From NCBI GenBank assembly GCA_963724605.1, contig CAVRVM010000006.1, forward strand, positions 15,454 to 79,453: a DNA stretch of 64,000 bases, given 5' to 3'. Positions within the stretch are counted from its first letter, which is position 1. Each line of letters starts with the position of its first letter. This stretch comes from an uncultured beta proteobacterium. Its GTDB lineage: Bacteria; Pseudomonadota; Gammaproteobacteria; Burkholderiales; Burkholderiaceae_F. A model generated the notes under the pieces. It was given only the letters and a program-made list of their open reading frames with translations, made no database searches and was not told where the DNA came from. Of this stretch, positions 13,446 to 23,715 are shown one piece after another. The translations under genes were made by a program, and so were the position numbers.

Positions 13446-16151
13446 ATGAGAACGCCCGGGGGAAGTTTGCTGCAACGCCGATACTGGCGTGACCACGGTG
13501 CGGAGAAGGCGCTTGTGGTTGTGGCATGGCTCTGCCTCGTGCCATTCAGCGCGCGAGCCCAGCAGGCGTCGGCGCCTCAGCCAGCTACGACGACCACAAT
13601 GGAACGTGTCGTCGTCACCGGCTCACACATTCGTCAGACCGACATCGAAGGAGCACCGCCGGTCCAGGTCATCACGCGTGATGAGATCGAGCGCAGCGGC
13701 GTGACCACGGTCGAGCAGCTGCTCGACCGAGTACCGGCCAACGTCAACGGCGTCACGACCGCGCAGACGATCGGCAGTCAGTCCCAGCCTGGCCTCGCCA
13801 CCGCGAATCTGCGCGCGTTGGGCGGCGGCTCGACGCTGGTGCTGCTGAACGGCCGGCGGCTTGCCAACTACGCGTTCAACGGCGAAACGGTCGATCTCAA
13901 CGCCATTCCGCTCGCGGCCATCGATCGGGTCGAAGTACTGAAAGACGGCGCCTCGGCCATCTACGGCACCGATGCAATTGCAGGGGTGATCAACTTCATC
14001 CTGCGCAAGGACTATTCCGGCGTCGATGTCAGCGTGTCATTCGACGCCACTCAGCACGGCGGCGGCAACAGCGGCCAGGCGAGCCTGACGCTTGGAACCG
14101 GCGATCCGGCGCGCGACGGCTACAACCTGTTCGGCGTCCTCAGCTACCAGAAGCAGCAGGCACTGCATGGCGACGACCGTGACAGCACACACACTGCCTA
14201 TCGTCCCGATCTTGGCGTCAGCGGCTTGAGCCCGATCACGTATCCGTCGAACATCATCGACCGGCCGGGGCGCCGGCTCCTGAACCCAACCGCCGCCACC
14301 GGCTGCGCGCCACCGACCAGCCTGCCGGCGAACCCGCCGCCATTCCTGACGCCGGCTTGCGGCTTCGACTACGCGCCGCTCGCTGACGTGCTGCCGGAGG
14401 TTGAGCGCACCAGCGCGCTGCTGCGCGGCACGCTGCGTCTCTCACCGACCGTCGATCTGTTCGCCGAGGGGCTGGTCGCCCGCAACCGCTTCGTGACCGA
14501 CATTTCACCGTACCCTCAGCCGGCGGTCCTGACTCCGTTCGGCAGCCCGATCTATCCGACGGCTGGGCCGTATTACCCGACCGACTTCGCCGCGGCCAAT
14601 GGTCTGTCTGGCGACCTGCTGTTCTCGTGGCGCGCAACCGAACTCGGCCCGCGGCACAACGAGACGACGACCGACACGCAGCGCTTCGTGCTCGGCATCG
14701 AGGGCCAGGCCGCGGGCTGGGACTACAACGCGGCAGCGGTCTACAGCGCCAACCAGCAGCAGGTTTCTTACAGCGGCAGCTACCTGTATCAGAGCAGGAT
14801 CATCCCGGCGCTGCGCAGCGGACTGATCAATCCCTGGGGACCCTCCGGTCCGGAGGGCCAGATGCTGCTGGCGTCGACCGTCTACACCGGCACGCCGCAA
14901 ACGGCCGACGGTTCGACATCGCTGATCAATGCCTTCGCCTCGCGCGAGATCATGACCTTGCCCGCCGGTCCGCTGGCGCTTGCAATCGGCGCCGAGGCGC
15001 GCTCCGAGCGGCTGTCCTACGACTGGGATCCGGCGGTGCTGACCGGCGATTCACCGGTTGGCGAGCAGCTGAAGGCCATCAGCGCCTCACGCACGGTGTA
15101 TGCGCTGTTTGCTGAACTCAGCGTGCCGATTCTGCCCAAGCTCGAAGCTCAGCTCGCGGTGCGCTACGACGACTACAGCGATTTCGGGGCCACCACCAAT
15201 CCCAAGGTGGCACTGCGCTGGCAGCCGCTGCCCAGCCTGCTCCTGCGCGGCTCCTGGGGCACCGGCTTTCGCGCTCCACCGCTGTACAGTCTGAGCGAAC
15301 CCAGCAGCGATGGCGGCGTGGCGGCAGGCATCGAGGATCCGGTCCGATGCCCGGTCACTGGCGCGCTGGATGATTGCCTCGCAATCGTGCCGTTCGTTTC
15401 CGGCGGCAACCCGAACCTGCAGCCCGAGACCTCAATGCAGTGGAATTTGGGCGTCGTCTGGGAGCCGCTGCGCGGACTTTCGCTGGGTATCGACTACTGG
15501 AACATCCAGCAGGACGGCGTGATCAGCCCGCTCGATCCCGGCAATTCGGCCAACTATGCGCGATATCCGGAGCGCGTGAAGCGCGGCCCGGTCGACCCGG
15601 CATATCCGGACCTGCCGGGACCGATCGTCGGCTTCGACGCGTCGCTGCTCAACCTGGGCACAACGCAGACCTCGGGCATCGACGTGACCCTGAAGTGGGC
15701 AGCGCCGAGTACGGCTGCCGGAAACTTCAGCGTCGCGCTGCTCGGCACCTACGTACTGCAGTTCGATACTCAGATCAACGGCACCGACGTCTCGCTGCTC
15801 GGCAATGCGACCGAAGGCACGCCGGTGCCGCGCTGGCGCAGCACGCTGACTCTCGACTGGGGTCGCAGCGCCTGGGGCGCCACGCTGGCGTGGCTCTACT
15901 CCAGTGGCTACAACGAACTGACCGACGCGGTGGTGCCTTCGGTCCGCAAGGTCGGCGCCGCGCAGAGCTGGGATCTGCAAGGGCGCTACACAGGATTTTC
16001 GGGCTGGCAACTGGCCACCGGCATCCGCAACCTGCTCGACGCGGATCCCCCGTTCACGCAGACAACCAGCTTCCAGTTCGGCTTCAACCCGCAGGTGGCG
16101 AGTCCGCTCGGACGGGTGTTCTATCTGACCGCGAGTTACTCGTTCAAGTAG
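13446..16151 (+). CDS. TonB-dependent outer-membrane receptor
   Basis: This is an intact 901 aa ORF. It has a signal peptide, a plug region 'ERVVVTGSHIRQTDIEGAPPVQVITRDEIERSG...DRVEVLKDGASAIYGTDAIAGVINFI', and a C-terminal beta-barrel ending 'RVFYLTASYSFK'. There is no STN/FecA-type N-terminal extension. Confidence 0.9.
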   Translation: MRTPGGSLLQRRYWRDHGAEKALVVVAWLCLVPFSARAQQASAPQPATTTTMERVVVTGSHIRQTDIEGAPPVQVITRDEIERSGVTTVEQLLDRVPANVNGVTTAQTIGSQSQPGLATANLRALGGGSTLVLLNGRRLANYAFNGETVDLNAIPLAAIDRVEVLKDGASAIYGTDAIAGVINFILRKDYSGVDVSVSFDATQHGGGNSGQASLTLGTGDPARDGYNLFGVLSYQKQQALHGDDRDSTHTAYRPDLGVSGLSPITYPSNIIDRPGRRLLNPTAATGCAPPTSLPANPPPFLTPACGFDYAPLADVLPEVERTSALLRGTLRLSPTVDLFAEGLVARNRFVTDISPYPQPAVLTPFGSPIYPTAGPYYPTDFAAANGLSGDLLFSWRATELGPRHNETTTDTQRFVLGIEGQAAGWDYNAAAVYSANQQQVSYSGSYLYQSRIIPALRSGLINPWGPSGPEGQMLLASTVYTGTPQTADGSTSLINAFASREIMTLPAGPLALAIGAEARSERLSYDWDPAVLTGDSPVGEQLKAISASRTVYALFAELSVPILPKLEAQLAVRYDDYSDFGATTNPKVALRWQPLPSLLLRGSWGTGFRAPPLYSLSEPSSDGGVAAGIEDPVRCPVTGALDDCLAIVPFVSGGNPNLQPETSMQWNLGVVWEPLRGLSLGIDYWNIQQDGVISPLDPGNSANYARYPERVKRGPVDPAYPDLPGPIVGFDASLLNLGTTQTSGIDVTLKWAAPSTAAGNFSVALLGTYVLQFDTQINGTDVSLLGNATEGTPVPRWRSTLTLDWGRSAWGATLAWLYSSGYNELTDAVVPSVRKVGAAQSWDLQGRYTGFSGWQLATGIRNLLDADPPFTQTTSFQFGFNPQVASPLGRVFYLTASYSFK

Positions 16152-16379
16152 GTCTCGAGTCGGTCCGGGCGTGGAAGCCGAAGCTCCCTCACCTCGCTCG
16201 TCCGTTCTCTCGCTTACCGTGCGGCAGCGATCGTCGTCGACTTGATGTGCGCTGCCAGTGTCGCTGCGCGGTCGCCGTCGGCCAGGCCGGCGACGGCGCT
16301 GAACAGCAGCAGCGTCGTACCGGCAGCAAACGTAGGCCGCCCTTCGGAGAACGGCCCGCTCGCTCGCCCGCCGTTGCGA

Positions 16380-17897
16380 TCAGAGCTTGCGGAGATAAGC
16401 AAGCAAGGCCGGGACTTCAGCGTCCGTGAACGGACGATCGTGCACGGACGGAACCACGCCCGGCTGCGTAGTCAGCAGCGGCGCAGCGGGGGCCTGAATC
16501 GCAACGCGCTTGAAGAACTGTTTGTAGTGCTCGATCACGTCTTCGAGTGTCGCCGCGGTGTTGTTGTGGAAGTACGGCGCGGTTCGGGCGATCCCGCGCA
16601 GGCTCGGGATGTCGAAATGCTGGATGTCGCCGGGACCGCCCGCAACCGGGTAACCGGTGAGAAGCATGCGGCCCGGGTCCGAGGTCGTGACTCGCGTGAC
16701 GCATGGCGGTTGGGGAGCCGCGCCGCCGCACGGCGCGCCGCTCGGCGCTACGCCGCTGTTAGTGATCTCGTAGGTCCGCACATTTTCCATCTGGCTTGCG
16801 CTGCACTGCTGAAACACGAAGCGCGGGGGATTCACCGTGTCGACCGGACGAGGACAGGTGGTGAGGATGTCGTGATAACGGACGATGGCGGTTGGCGTGC
16901 CCTGAACCCCCTGCAGGATCGGCGTGCTGCCGCTCGGATGGTCGCCGAGGTTGCCGTGGCACTGCCCGCAGGCCCGGTTGAACACTGCCTTGCCAGAGGT
17001 CTCGAGGGCGTCCAACGGGGGGTCGGGATCCGGCAGCGGGCTCGTGCCCGCGGCCATGGCGTCGGCCAGGAGCTTGACGCTCGGCGATGAGAACTGCGCG
17101 CTCTGGAAGGCCGCGAGATCGTCCACGAAGGTTGCTGGCGGCGCGGTCGTGGTCGACGCGTGCGCGATGAGTGCGCTGAGGGCTTGGTTCTGCAACGTGT
17201 CGATGCGGCCGTCAAGCTGGAAGCCACCGCTCTTGTTAGGCCCGCGCGCATACACCGGCGCGAGGTTATCCGGGCCAGTGATCTTGACGTCGAAGATCGA
17301 CGGCGTGGCGCGCCAGACGTCAGCGACGGTCTCGCTGGTTGGGAGCGCCGATGCGGGACACGGCACCGTTGCCCCGCAGTTGAGCAGCTTTACGTTCGCA
17401 GGCAGCGGAATGGTCACGCGCACCAGACCGTTTTGAGTCAGGTTTGTGAAGTCTTTCGCGGCCGCGCCGTTCACGCGGAAGTCATCGGCGTCGGTCGCAC
17501 GAAACAGCGGATCGTCAGTGCCCGTCCCGATCATCGACGCAAACCGCGCCTGCGCCGCCGCAGGGGTCAGTTGGAAGTTCTCGGATTGCATGTGGCAGTC
17601 GTTACACGATCGGCCATTGCCACCCAGGCCCGCGAGAGTCCGGTCATTGAAGTTTGCCTTGCCGCGACATACCGGCGTGTCGACCGGCGCGGCCGGGGCC
17701 GTGGTGCAGCCGTTGGCGTCGAGGACGACAGCGGGCGCGGCTGGAGGTGGTGCCGCGCCGTAGTCCGAACCCCCGCATGCGGAAACGATGATGGCGCTAA
17801 CGAGCACGAGCGCTCCGGCTAGCGCACTCGCGCGATCTCGGAGAAGAGATCCACCGTTCATGGCAGTTGCGGCAACAGAGTTGAGTACGTGGCTCAT
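16380..17897 (-). CDS. di-haem cytochrome c peroxidase/MauG-family lipoprotein
   Basis: It has two CxxCH motifs ('SCNDCHM', 'ACGQCHG') and the family signature 'DIPSLRGIARTAPYFHNNTAATLEDVIEHY'. The lipobox is 'IIVSAC'. An alternative start at 17861 is possible. Confidence 0.75.
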   Translation of the reverse strand: MSHVLNSVAATAMNGGSLLRDRASALAGALVLVSAIIVSACGGSDYGAAPPPAAPAVVLDANGCTTAPAAPVDTPVCRGKANFNDRTLAGLGGNGRSCNDCHMQSENFQLTPAAAQARFASMIGTGTDDPLFRATDADDFRVNGAAAKDFTNLTQNGLVRVTIPLPANVKLLNCGATVPCPASALPTSETVADVWRATPSIFDVKITGPDNLAPVYARGPNKSGGFQLDGRIDTLQNQALSALIAHASTTTAPPATFVDDLAAFQSAQFSSPSVKLLADAMAAGTSPLPDPDPPLDALETSGKAVFNRACGQCHGNLGDHPSGSTPILQGVQGTPTAIVRYHDILTTCPRPVDTVNPPRFVFQQCSASQMENVRTYEITNSGVAPSGAPCGGAAPQPPCVTRVTTSDPGRMLLTGYPVAGGPGDIQHFDIPSLRGIARTAPYFHNNTAATLEDVIEHYKQFFKRVAIQAPAAPLLTTQPGVVPSVHDRPFTDAEVPALLAYLRKL

Positions 17898-18391
17898 CGC
17901 GATGACCTTTCTCCTGAGTTGTCGCGGCTGGATGTCGCTGCAGCGCTGCTTTTCAAAGCCTTATTCACGTTCGCTCCCGAGTTCTCAATGCGTACAAAGG
18001 CGGCAGTGACCGCACAGGGACCCCTGCCAATCGAGTCAACTGACAGTTGCTGTCTCTTAGTGGAACAGACGCAACGCCACGACCAAACCGGACATTTGCG
18101 TCAATATTCGCGAGCAACCGATTCACGTCAGAAGAAGGGTGAAGAAGGACGGAAGCAAAGCAGTTGCGCACGACCTTCTAACGTCGGGGCTCGATATCCG
18201 ATCCTCCTCTTTATCGTCGGATGAAGAGCGCTCGGACTGTCACCGGCACAGATCGCATTCGCGCAGCCTGTGTCTGCCGAGGCCGGCTGCGCGGTATTCT
18301 TAACAGATCTCCTGGCTTGGTATCGCCGGTTCAACGCTGTTACTAATGCGGACCATCGGCGGCGGCATGCCCCGCCGGTGCGCGATGCGGC

Positions 18392-18879
18392 ATGAAAACG
18401 CTCTTTCTTATTCGCCACGCCAAGTCCAGTTGGGACGACACCGCATTGCCCGACAAAGAACGGCCATTGAACGATCGCGGCCTGCGCGACGCACCGAAGA
18501 TGGGTGAGCGACTGGCGAAACGCGACGTGAAGCCGGATTTGATCCTGTCGAGTCCCGCCGTGCGCGCACTTAGGACGGCAGAGATCATTGCCAAGAAGCT
18601 CGACTACCGGCGCAAGGAATCGTCGTGAATGAGCGGCTGTACGCAGTCGAGGCGGACGACCTGCTCGACGTGATACATCAGCTTGGCGACAAGCGTGAGG
18701 CGCGTGATGTTGTTTGGCCACAACCCGAGTTGACCGAGCTCGCGCATCGCATCTCGGGCGAGATAACCCACATGCCGACCTGTGCTGTCGCCGAGTTCAC
18801 ATTCGACGCGAAGTCGTGGTCAAGAATCGGCATGATCAAGCCCGCAGACGTACTGCTTGACTATCCGAAGAAGTCGTAG
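18392..18879 (+). pseudogene. SixA-like histidine phosphatase (frameshifted)
   Basis: '[16 protein letters not shown]...[42 protein letters not shown]' is in ORF 18392..18628. The continuation '[17 protein letters not shown]...ELTELAHRISGE...TCAVAEFTF' is in ORF 18625..18879. At least two frame switches are needed. Confidence 0.7.
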
Positions 18880-18999
18880 GGCAAGACGCCGTCTTGGCCA
18901 TTGTGACAAGGCTATGTGTAACAGCGCAGTGCGGCCAGTTGCTGCCGTTACCGTCACCCTCCAGAATTGCCCATAAGCCGACATGTTCAGGAGGATGCG

Positions 19000-19751
19000 T
19001 TGGTCAAGTCACTGTGCATATCGGAGAACGAAGGATGGGTCGATCTTCAATTCGAGGTGACAGGGTTAGATGACAGTCACCCGGAAGCGCTCGTGCTACG
19101 TGTTGAAGCCATGCACGCAGACAGACGGATCGGTTTTGAACTGGGCTTCCCCAAACAATGGGACCACACGCCCGATGGCGCTGCGGGCGACTTGGCTCCT
19201 ATCAGTCGACGCTGGCCATCGTCTCGAGGGATGGCGCAGGGGACTCATTTCTCGCGAGCCTATCAGCCTTGTACGAAAACACAGCGCCAGCGCCCCAGAT
19301 GCGGCACATCACTGAGGCTTACGCGACCTCCTTGGAAGGCAACCCAGAGATGGTCAAGAACAATCCCGCGCGGCTGAAGCTCTTCTTTGGATGGGAAGAG
19401 GGATCCGAGACACCTTACGGCGCGTTGTTTCTGAATCTGGATGTTCCGAACCGCGTACTGGAACTCAATGAGAAGGACCCTGAATACCGGGCGGCAATCT
19501 TGGCAGCGCTGGGCGCATACGGCCAGAAGCGGCCGAGCCACCTGCCGGGCAGAATGCCCGAAAGCAGACGGGCCGACCATGTCGCGGGGGCCGCTGGTAG
19601 CGCGCCCGCGCCGGCGAAACGTTCCGTCAGTTCGTCAGGAGGCGTGGCATGTCATTCCTATGGGACTGGCTTCAGCAGGCGCAGATCGGCGATGCGCAAG
19701 CGAGGATTTCTGCAGCTCGCTTTGATGCAAAGGCTGCACTCGATGAAATAA
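19000..19751 (+). pseudogene. hypothetical protein (frame switch near 19190; 3' end uncertain)
   Basis: An RBS 'aggagg' sits 5 nt before the TTG at 19000. 'LVKSLCISENEGWVDLQFEVTGLDDSHPEALVLRVEAMHADRRIGFELGF' (ORF 18967..19377) continues in ORF 19158..19751 as 'SFLASLSALYENTAP...LKLFFGWEEGSETPYGALFLNLDVPNRVLELNEKDPEYRAAILAALGAYG'. I recognise no family. Confidence 0.3.
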
Positions 19752-20001
19752 ACCGGCTGCAGCAGAGGTCGACCGCCTTTCGCTTCTATGCCAGGCGATG
19801 TTTGAGGAGATGGAGAAGTCAGCTGGGTTTTCTGAGGCTCGCCTGAAAGAGCGAATGCTTGAGATTGATCTTCGTGACGGAAAGCGCGACGGCAGGCTGG
19901 CCCCATCCGCTGGCAACAAGTGTCCCGACTGTGGTCACATCATCACCAAAGTTCGATCGAACTGCTTCTGGTGCGGGGCAAAGTTGACCGGGGTGACATA
20001 G
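19649..20001 (+). pseudogene. small zinc-ribbon protein (frameshifted)
   Basis: An RBS 'aggagg' precedes the ATG at 19649, which opens 'MSFLWDWLQQAQIGDAQARI...LDEINRLQQR'. It continues in ORF 19798..20001 with 'CPDCGHIITKVRSNCFWCGAKL' (CxxC...CxxC). Confidence 0.4.
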
Positions 20002-20162
20002 ACGGCAGGTCGGCTGGTTCAGCGTTCGGCCAGAATCGGACAGCCGCCATCGGTCGCTCTGAGATCTACCGGCTGACTTGCTTAGGTGCCGGCGAAGGCT
20101 GTCTTGACGTTGCCAGCGCCGCACCTGGCTAGCTCACGGGATGGGCTACCGGGACTCTGTTG

Positions 20163-20528
20163 CTAATCAGCCGACGCGTAGTGCACGTACGACTCGCGGA
20201 CCACGTCGTCCTTGTCGAAGAACAGCACCTCGATGACATGCGTGCCCGTGATGCCCTTGTAGTGGATCGCAATGCTGTCGACGCCGCGCAGCACGTCGAG
20301 CACGGTGAACTTGATGTGGTCGAACACCTCGAAGCCTTTCTTCACGTACGCGCGCAGCGCCGCCTTGCCCTGCACGGTGCCGCTGGGGTCATGGCTCAGC
20401 CGCGCAATCAGCGGGGAGTGGAAGATCACGTCGTTGGTGTAGAAGGCCAGCACGCGATCGAGGTCCTTCGACTCGAACGCGGCGACCCAACGCTTCACGT
20501 AGTCGGCCGTCTTCTCCATCGTCAGCAT
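20163..20528 (-). CDS. SnoaL/NTF2-like fold protein
   Basis: This is an intact 121 aa ORF. 'YVKRWVAAFESKDLDRVLAFYTNDVIFHSP' is a typical SnoaL-like N-terminus. Confidence 0.6.
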   Translation of the reverse strand: MLTMEKTADYVKRWVAAFESKDLDRVLAFYTNDVIFHSPLIARLSHDPSGTVQGKAALRAYVKKGFEVFDHIKFTVLDVLRGVDSIAIHYKGITGTHVIEVLFFDKDDVVRESYVHYASAD

Positions 20529-20803
20529 CGATGTCTCCTCTGGTGTGGGTTGCGGCGGCCGGATCTTGGCCGGGCGTCGGCCAGTGTGCCACGCGCCACC
20601 GTCACCGGCGGTACCCGGCCCAAGAGCAGACCCTGAGTGCGCCGCTCAAGAGCGGACGTTAGCTCGCGTTTTGCGAATTGCACCAAGGGCTTGGTGATCG
20701 CGAGTCGATCGAATCTGCATCGAAATGAGGTCGATTTGGGAGTGAAGGCGGCCGGCAACGCAGCGCGCGCTCGGCCTCCCCTTGCATGCCGCCAATCCGT
20801 GTG

Positions 20804-20829
20804 TATACTGAACTATATGGTTCAGTATA
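20804..20829. promoter_or_regulatory. perfect 10-bp inverted repeat (TATACTGAAC-N6-GTTCAGTATA) overlapping the arsR-family start codon; putative autoregulatory operator
   Basis: Read directly from the sequence: 20804-20813 is TATACTGAAC, the spacer is tatatg (containing the ATG at 20817), and 20820-20829 is GTTCAGTATA, the exact reverse complement. Confidence 0.5.
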
Positions 20830-21182
20830 GCCGGGCCCGCTTCGATGCCTCGTTCGCCGCGCTCTCGGACGCCACCCGACGCGGCGTTCTGGAGCAGCTC
20901 GGGCGTGCAGACGCTTCAATCACGGACCTTGCCGAGAAGTTCCACATGACCCTCACGGGCATGAAGAAGCATGTCGGCGTCTTGGAGCAGGCGGGGCTCG
21001 TCACCACGGAGAAGGTCGGGCGCGTGCGGACCTGCAAGCTCGGCCTGCGCCGACTGGAGGAAGAGGCGGCATGGATCGAGAGGTACCACCAGCTCTGGGC
21101 CGCACGCTTCGACGAGCTGGACAAAGTTGTCGAGGAATTGAAACGGAAGGAGAAGGTCGATGGACGCAAGAAGAGAGAGTGA
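20817..21182 (+). CDS. ArsR/SmtB-family transcriptional regulator
   Basis: 'FAALSDATRRGVLEQLGRADASITDLAEKFHMTLTGMKKHVGVLEQAGLVTTEKVGRVRTCKL' is a winged-HTH of ArsR type. Confidence 0.85.
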   Translation: MVQYSRARFDASFAALSDATRRGVLEQLGRADASITDLAEKFHMTLTGMKKHVGVLEQAGLVTTEKVGRVRTCKLGLRRLEEEAAWIERYHQLWAARFDELDKVVEELKRKEKVDGRKKRE

Positions 21183-21192
21183 GCCTGCCCCC

Positions 21193-21675
21193 ATGAAGAA
21201 CCGTACGACGGTGGAGCGGAAGTCCGAGCGTGAGCTCGTCGTCACGCGAACTTTCAACGGCCCGGCGCGCCTCGTGTTCGAGGCGTGGACCAAGCCCGAG
21301 CTGTTCAGGCAGTGGTGGGTGCCGAAGTCGATGGGAATGTCCCTGCTTTCCTGCGAAATGGATGTTCGTGTCGGGGGCAGGTACCGTTTGGAGTTCGCAC
21401 ACGGGGACTCACAGTCGGCGTTCTTCGGCACGTACAAGGAAGTAACACCGCACTCGCGCCTCGTCTGGACCAATGAGGAAAGTGACGAGGGTTCCGTCAC
21501 GACGGTGACCTTCGCGGAAAAAGGCGGCAAGACGTTGCTGGTCATGCACGAGCTTTATCCCTCGAAGGAAGCTCTCGACGCCGCCGGCACCGGGGCGGCG
21601 GATGCGATGGGAGAGACGTTCGAGCAACTGGACGAGCTTCTCGTCACCCTGGGCGCGAGCGTGGGACGGTCATGA
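21193..21675 (+). CDS. SRPBCC/AHSA1-domain protein
   Basis: 'ELVVTRTFNGPARLVFEAWTKPELFRQWWVPK...GGRYRLEF...FFGTYKEVTPHSRLVWT'. This is a common partner of ArsR-type regulators. Confidence 0.8.
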   Translation: MKNRTTVERKSERELVVTRTFNGPARLVFEAWTKPELFRQWWVPKSMGMSLLSCEMDVRVGGRYRLEFAHGDSQSAFFGTYKEVTPHSRLVWTNEESDEGSVTTVTFAEKGGKTLLVMHELYPSKEALDAAGTGAADAMGETFEQLDELLVTLGASVGRS

Positions 21676-22096
21676 AGTCGTCGATCTCGCGGTCGGCCGC
21701 CTGGCTCTTCACTACGCGGAAGAGAACCCCGACGAGGTCGTCGCCGCCCTCGACGACAAGACCGAGGCTGTGATCCGCGAAGGCCGACCGCTGAGCCCAA
21801 CCAGTTGGGAGCCTGTTTTCATGGTCGCTCTATGACCGAGGAGTAGGCTGCTGCCAATTACTTTGACGGAGCCCCTACGCGCTGATTGACGCGTTGGTTG
21901 CCAAGTTGTTGTTTTGCTTGCATCCAGCATTCCGTTAACTTTGACGGACTGCGGAGCTGACGCACTTTGAACCGAAGCGCGTCCTCCTCGCCAGGCACGA
22001 CCGGACTTGCAGCCGACGAAACCGCCGCTACCGCCCGTTTCGGTTTCCGTCGAAGTCGAAGGCCGGCGCAGGCTCGACGGCTCATACAATGCCGGC

Positions 22097-23704
22097 ATGA
22101 CGCACGCCGGAACCGAAACCACGGCAGCGACATCGCCGTGGTCACCGCTCGCCAACCCGGTATTCCGGCTGCTGTGGATCACATGGCTGACGTCGAACAT
22201 CTGCATGTGGATGAACGACGTTGCGTCGGCGTGGTTGATGACCACGCTGACCACGTCGCCGGTGATGGTTGCGCTGGTGCAGTCGGCCTCGACGTTGCCG
22301 GTTTTCCTGCTCGGGCTGCCGAGCGGAGCGCTGGCCGATATCCTGAACCGCCGCCACTGGTTCATGTTCACGCAGTTCTGGGTGGCGACCAACGCGGTGC
22401 TGCTGAGCATCGCGCTGTTCGCCGGATGGATCTCCGCGCCGCTGCTGCTGGCGCTGACATTCGGCAACGGCATCGGACTGGCGATGCGCTGGCCGGTTTA
22501 CGCAGCGATCATTCCGGAACTGGTGACGCGGCGCGAACTGCCCAATGCCGTCGCGCTTAACGGTATCGCGATGAACACCTCGCGCGTGATCGGCCCGGTG
22601 CTGGCCGGCGCGCTGATCGCCAGCATCGGCACCGGGTTTGTGTATCTGCTGAATGCGGTGTTGTCGCTCGCGGCTGGCTTCGTGATCATGCGCTGGCGGT
22701 CGGAGACCAAGCCGAGCGTGCTGCCGGGCGAGCGCTTCATCGGCGCGATGCGGGTCGGCTTTCAATACGTCGCGCAATCGCACGCGATGCGTTCGGTCCT
22801 GCTGCGCATCGCGATCTTCTTCCTGCAGTCGACTGCGGTGTTCGCGCTGCTGCCGCTGGTGGCGAAGCGCATGCCCGGCGGCGGCGCCTGGACCTATACG
22901 GTGCTGCTGGCCTCGCTTGGCATCGGCGCGGTCGCGACCGCGTTCTCGCTGCCGCGGCTGCGCGTGCTGATCTCGCGACGGCGCCTGCTGCGCGACGGCA
23001 CAGTGCTGCAAGGTCTGGCGATGGTCGGACTGGGTTTCGCGCCGAACGTGTGGGCCGCCGTGCCCGCGATGATGCTGGCAGGCGCGGCGTGGCTCGCGGT
23101 GGTGAACACGCTGACGGTGACCTCGCAGCTGTCGCTGCCCGACTGGGTGCGTGCGCGTGGCATGTCGATCTACATGATGACGATGATGGGCTCGGCATCG
23201 GCCAGTGCGGCGCTGTGGGGGCAGGTGGCCAGCATGATCGACGTACCGTGGACTTATCTGGCAGCGACGCTTACCGGCCTTACGGCCGGCTTCCTCGCCA
23301 GTCGCCTGTATGCCGATCCCGAGAACGAGGTCGACCTGACTCCAGCGCGATTGCTGCAGGAGCCGATGCCCGCGTTTCCGGTCGAACATCAGATGGGACC
23401 TGTGATGGTGACGGTCGACTACCAGGTCGATCCGGCGCGCGCCGAGGAATTCGCGGCGGTGATGCGCGAAAGCCGGGCCAACCGATTGCAGAAGGGCGCG
23501 CTGTCGTGGGGGCTGTTTCATGACACGAACCGGCCCGGTCATTACATCGAATACTTTCTCGACGAATCATGGGCCGACCACTTGCGGCGGTTCGACCGCT
23601 ACACGGCGGCCGATGCCGAACTGCGCGAGCGCCGTTACTCGTTTCACGTCGGTGAAGAAGCGCCCAAGGTGTCGCGTTATATCGCCGAGCCGCTCGGCCG
23701 ATAG
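22097..23704 (+). CDS. MFS transporter (MFS_3/EntS-like) with a soluble C-terminal extension
   Basis: The ORF is 22007..23704, with a likely start at 'MTHAG'. It contains '[26 protein letters not shown]', about 12 predicted hydrophobic segments, and a C-terminal ~110 aa soluble tail. Confidence 0.8.
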   Translation: MTHAGTETTAATSPWSPLANPVFRLLWITWLTSNICMWMNDVASAWLMTTLTTSPVMVALVQSASTLPVFLLGLPSGALADILNRRHWFMFTQFWVATNAVLLSIALFAGWISAPLLLALTFGNGIGLAMRWPVYAAIIPELVTRRELPNAVALNGIAMNTSRVIGPVLAGALIASIGTGFVYLLNAVLSLAAGFVIMRWRSETKPSVLPGERFIGAMRVGFQYVAQSHAMRSVLLRIAIFFLQSTAVFALLPLVAKRMPGGGAWTYTVLLASLGIGAVATAFSLPRLRVLISRRRLLRDGTVLQGLAMVGLGFAPNVWAAVPAMMLAGAAWLAVVNTLTVTSQLSLPDWVRARGMSIYMMTMMGSASASAALWGQVASMIDVPWTYLAATLTGLTAGFLASRLYADPENEVDLTPARLLQEPMPAFPVEHQMGPVMVTVDYQVDPARAEEFAAVMRESRANRLQKGALSWGLFHDTNRPGHYIEYFLDESWADHLRRFDRYTAADAELRERRYSFHVGEEAPKVSRYIAEPLGR

Positions 23705-23715
23705 GACCGAGGAAG

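Noticed and set aside
21602-21835. 77-aa ORF ('...VVDLAVGRLALHYAEENPDEVVAALDDKTEAVIREG...') after the SRPBCC gene
   Set aside because: The sequence looks protein-like, but there is no usable start codon outside the overlap with the upstream gene and I recognise no family. It may be a gene remnant. The evidence is too weak to call.
22142-23542. 466-aa ORF antisense to the MFS transporter
   Set aside because: For the same reason: it has an Arg/His/Gln-rich composition and no domain signature, while the sense frame gives a clean 12-helix transporter.
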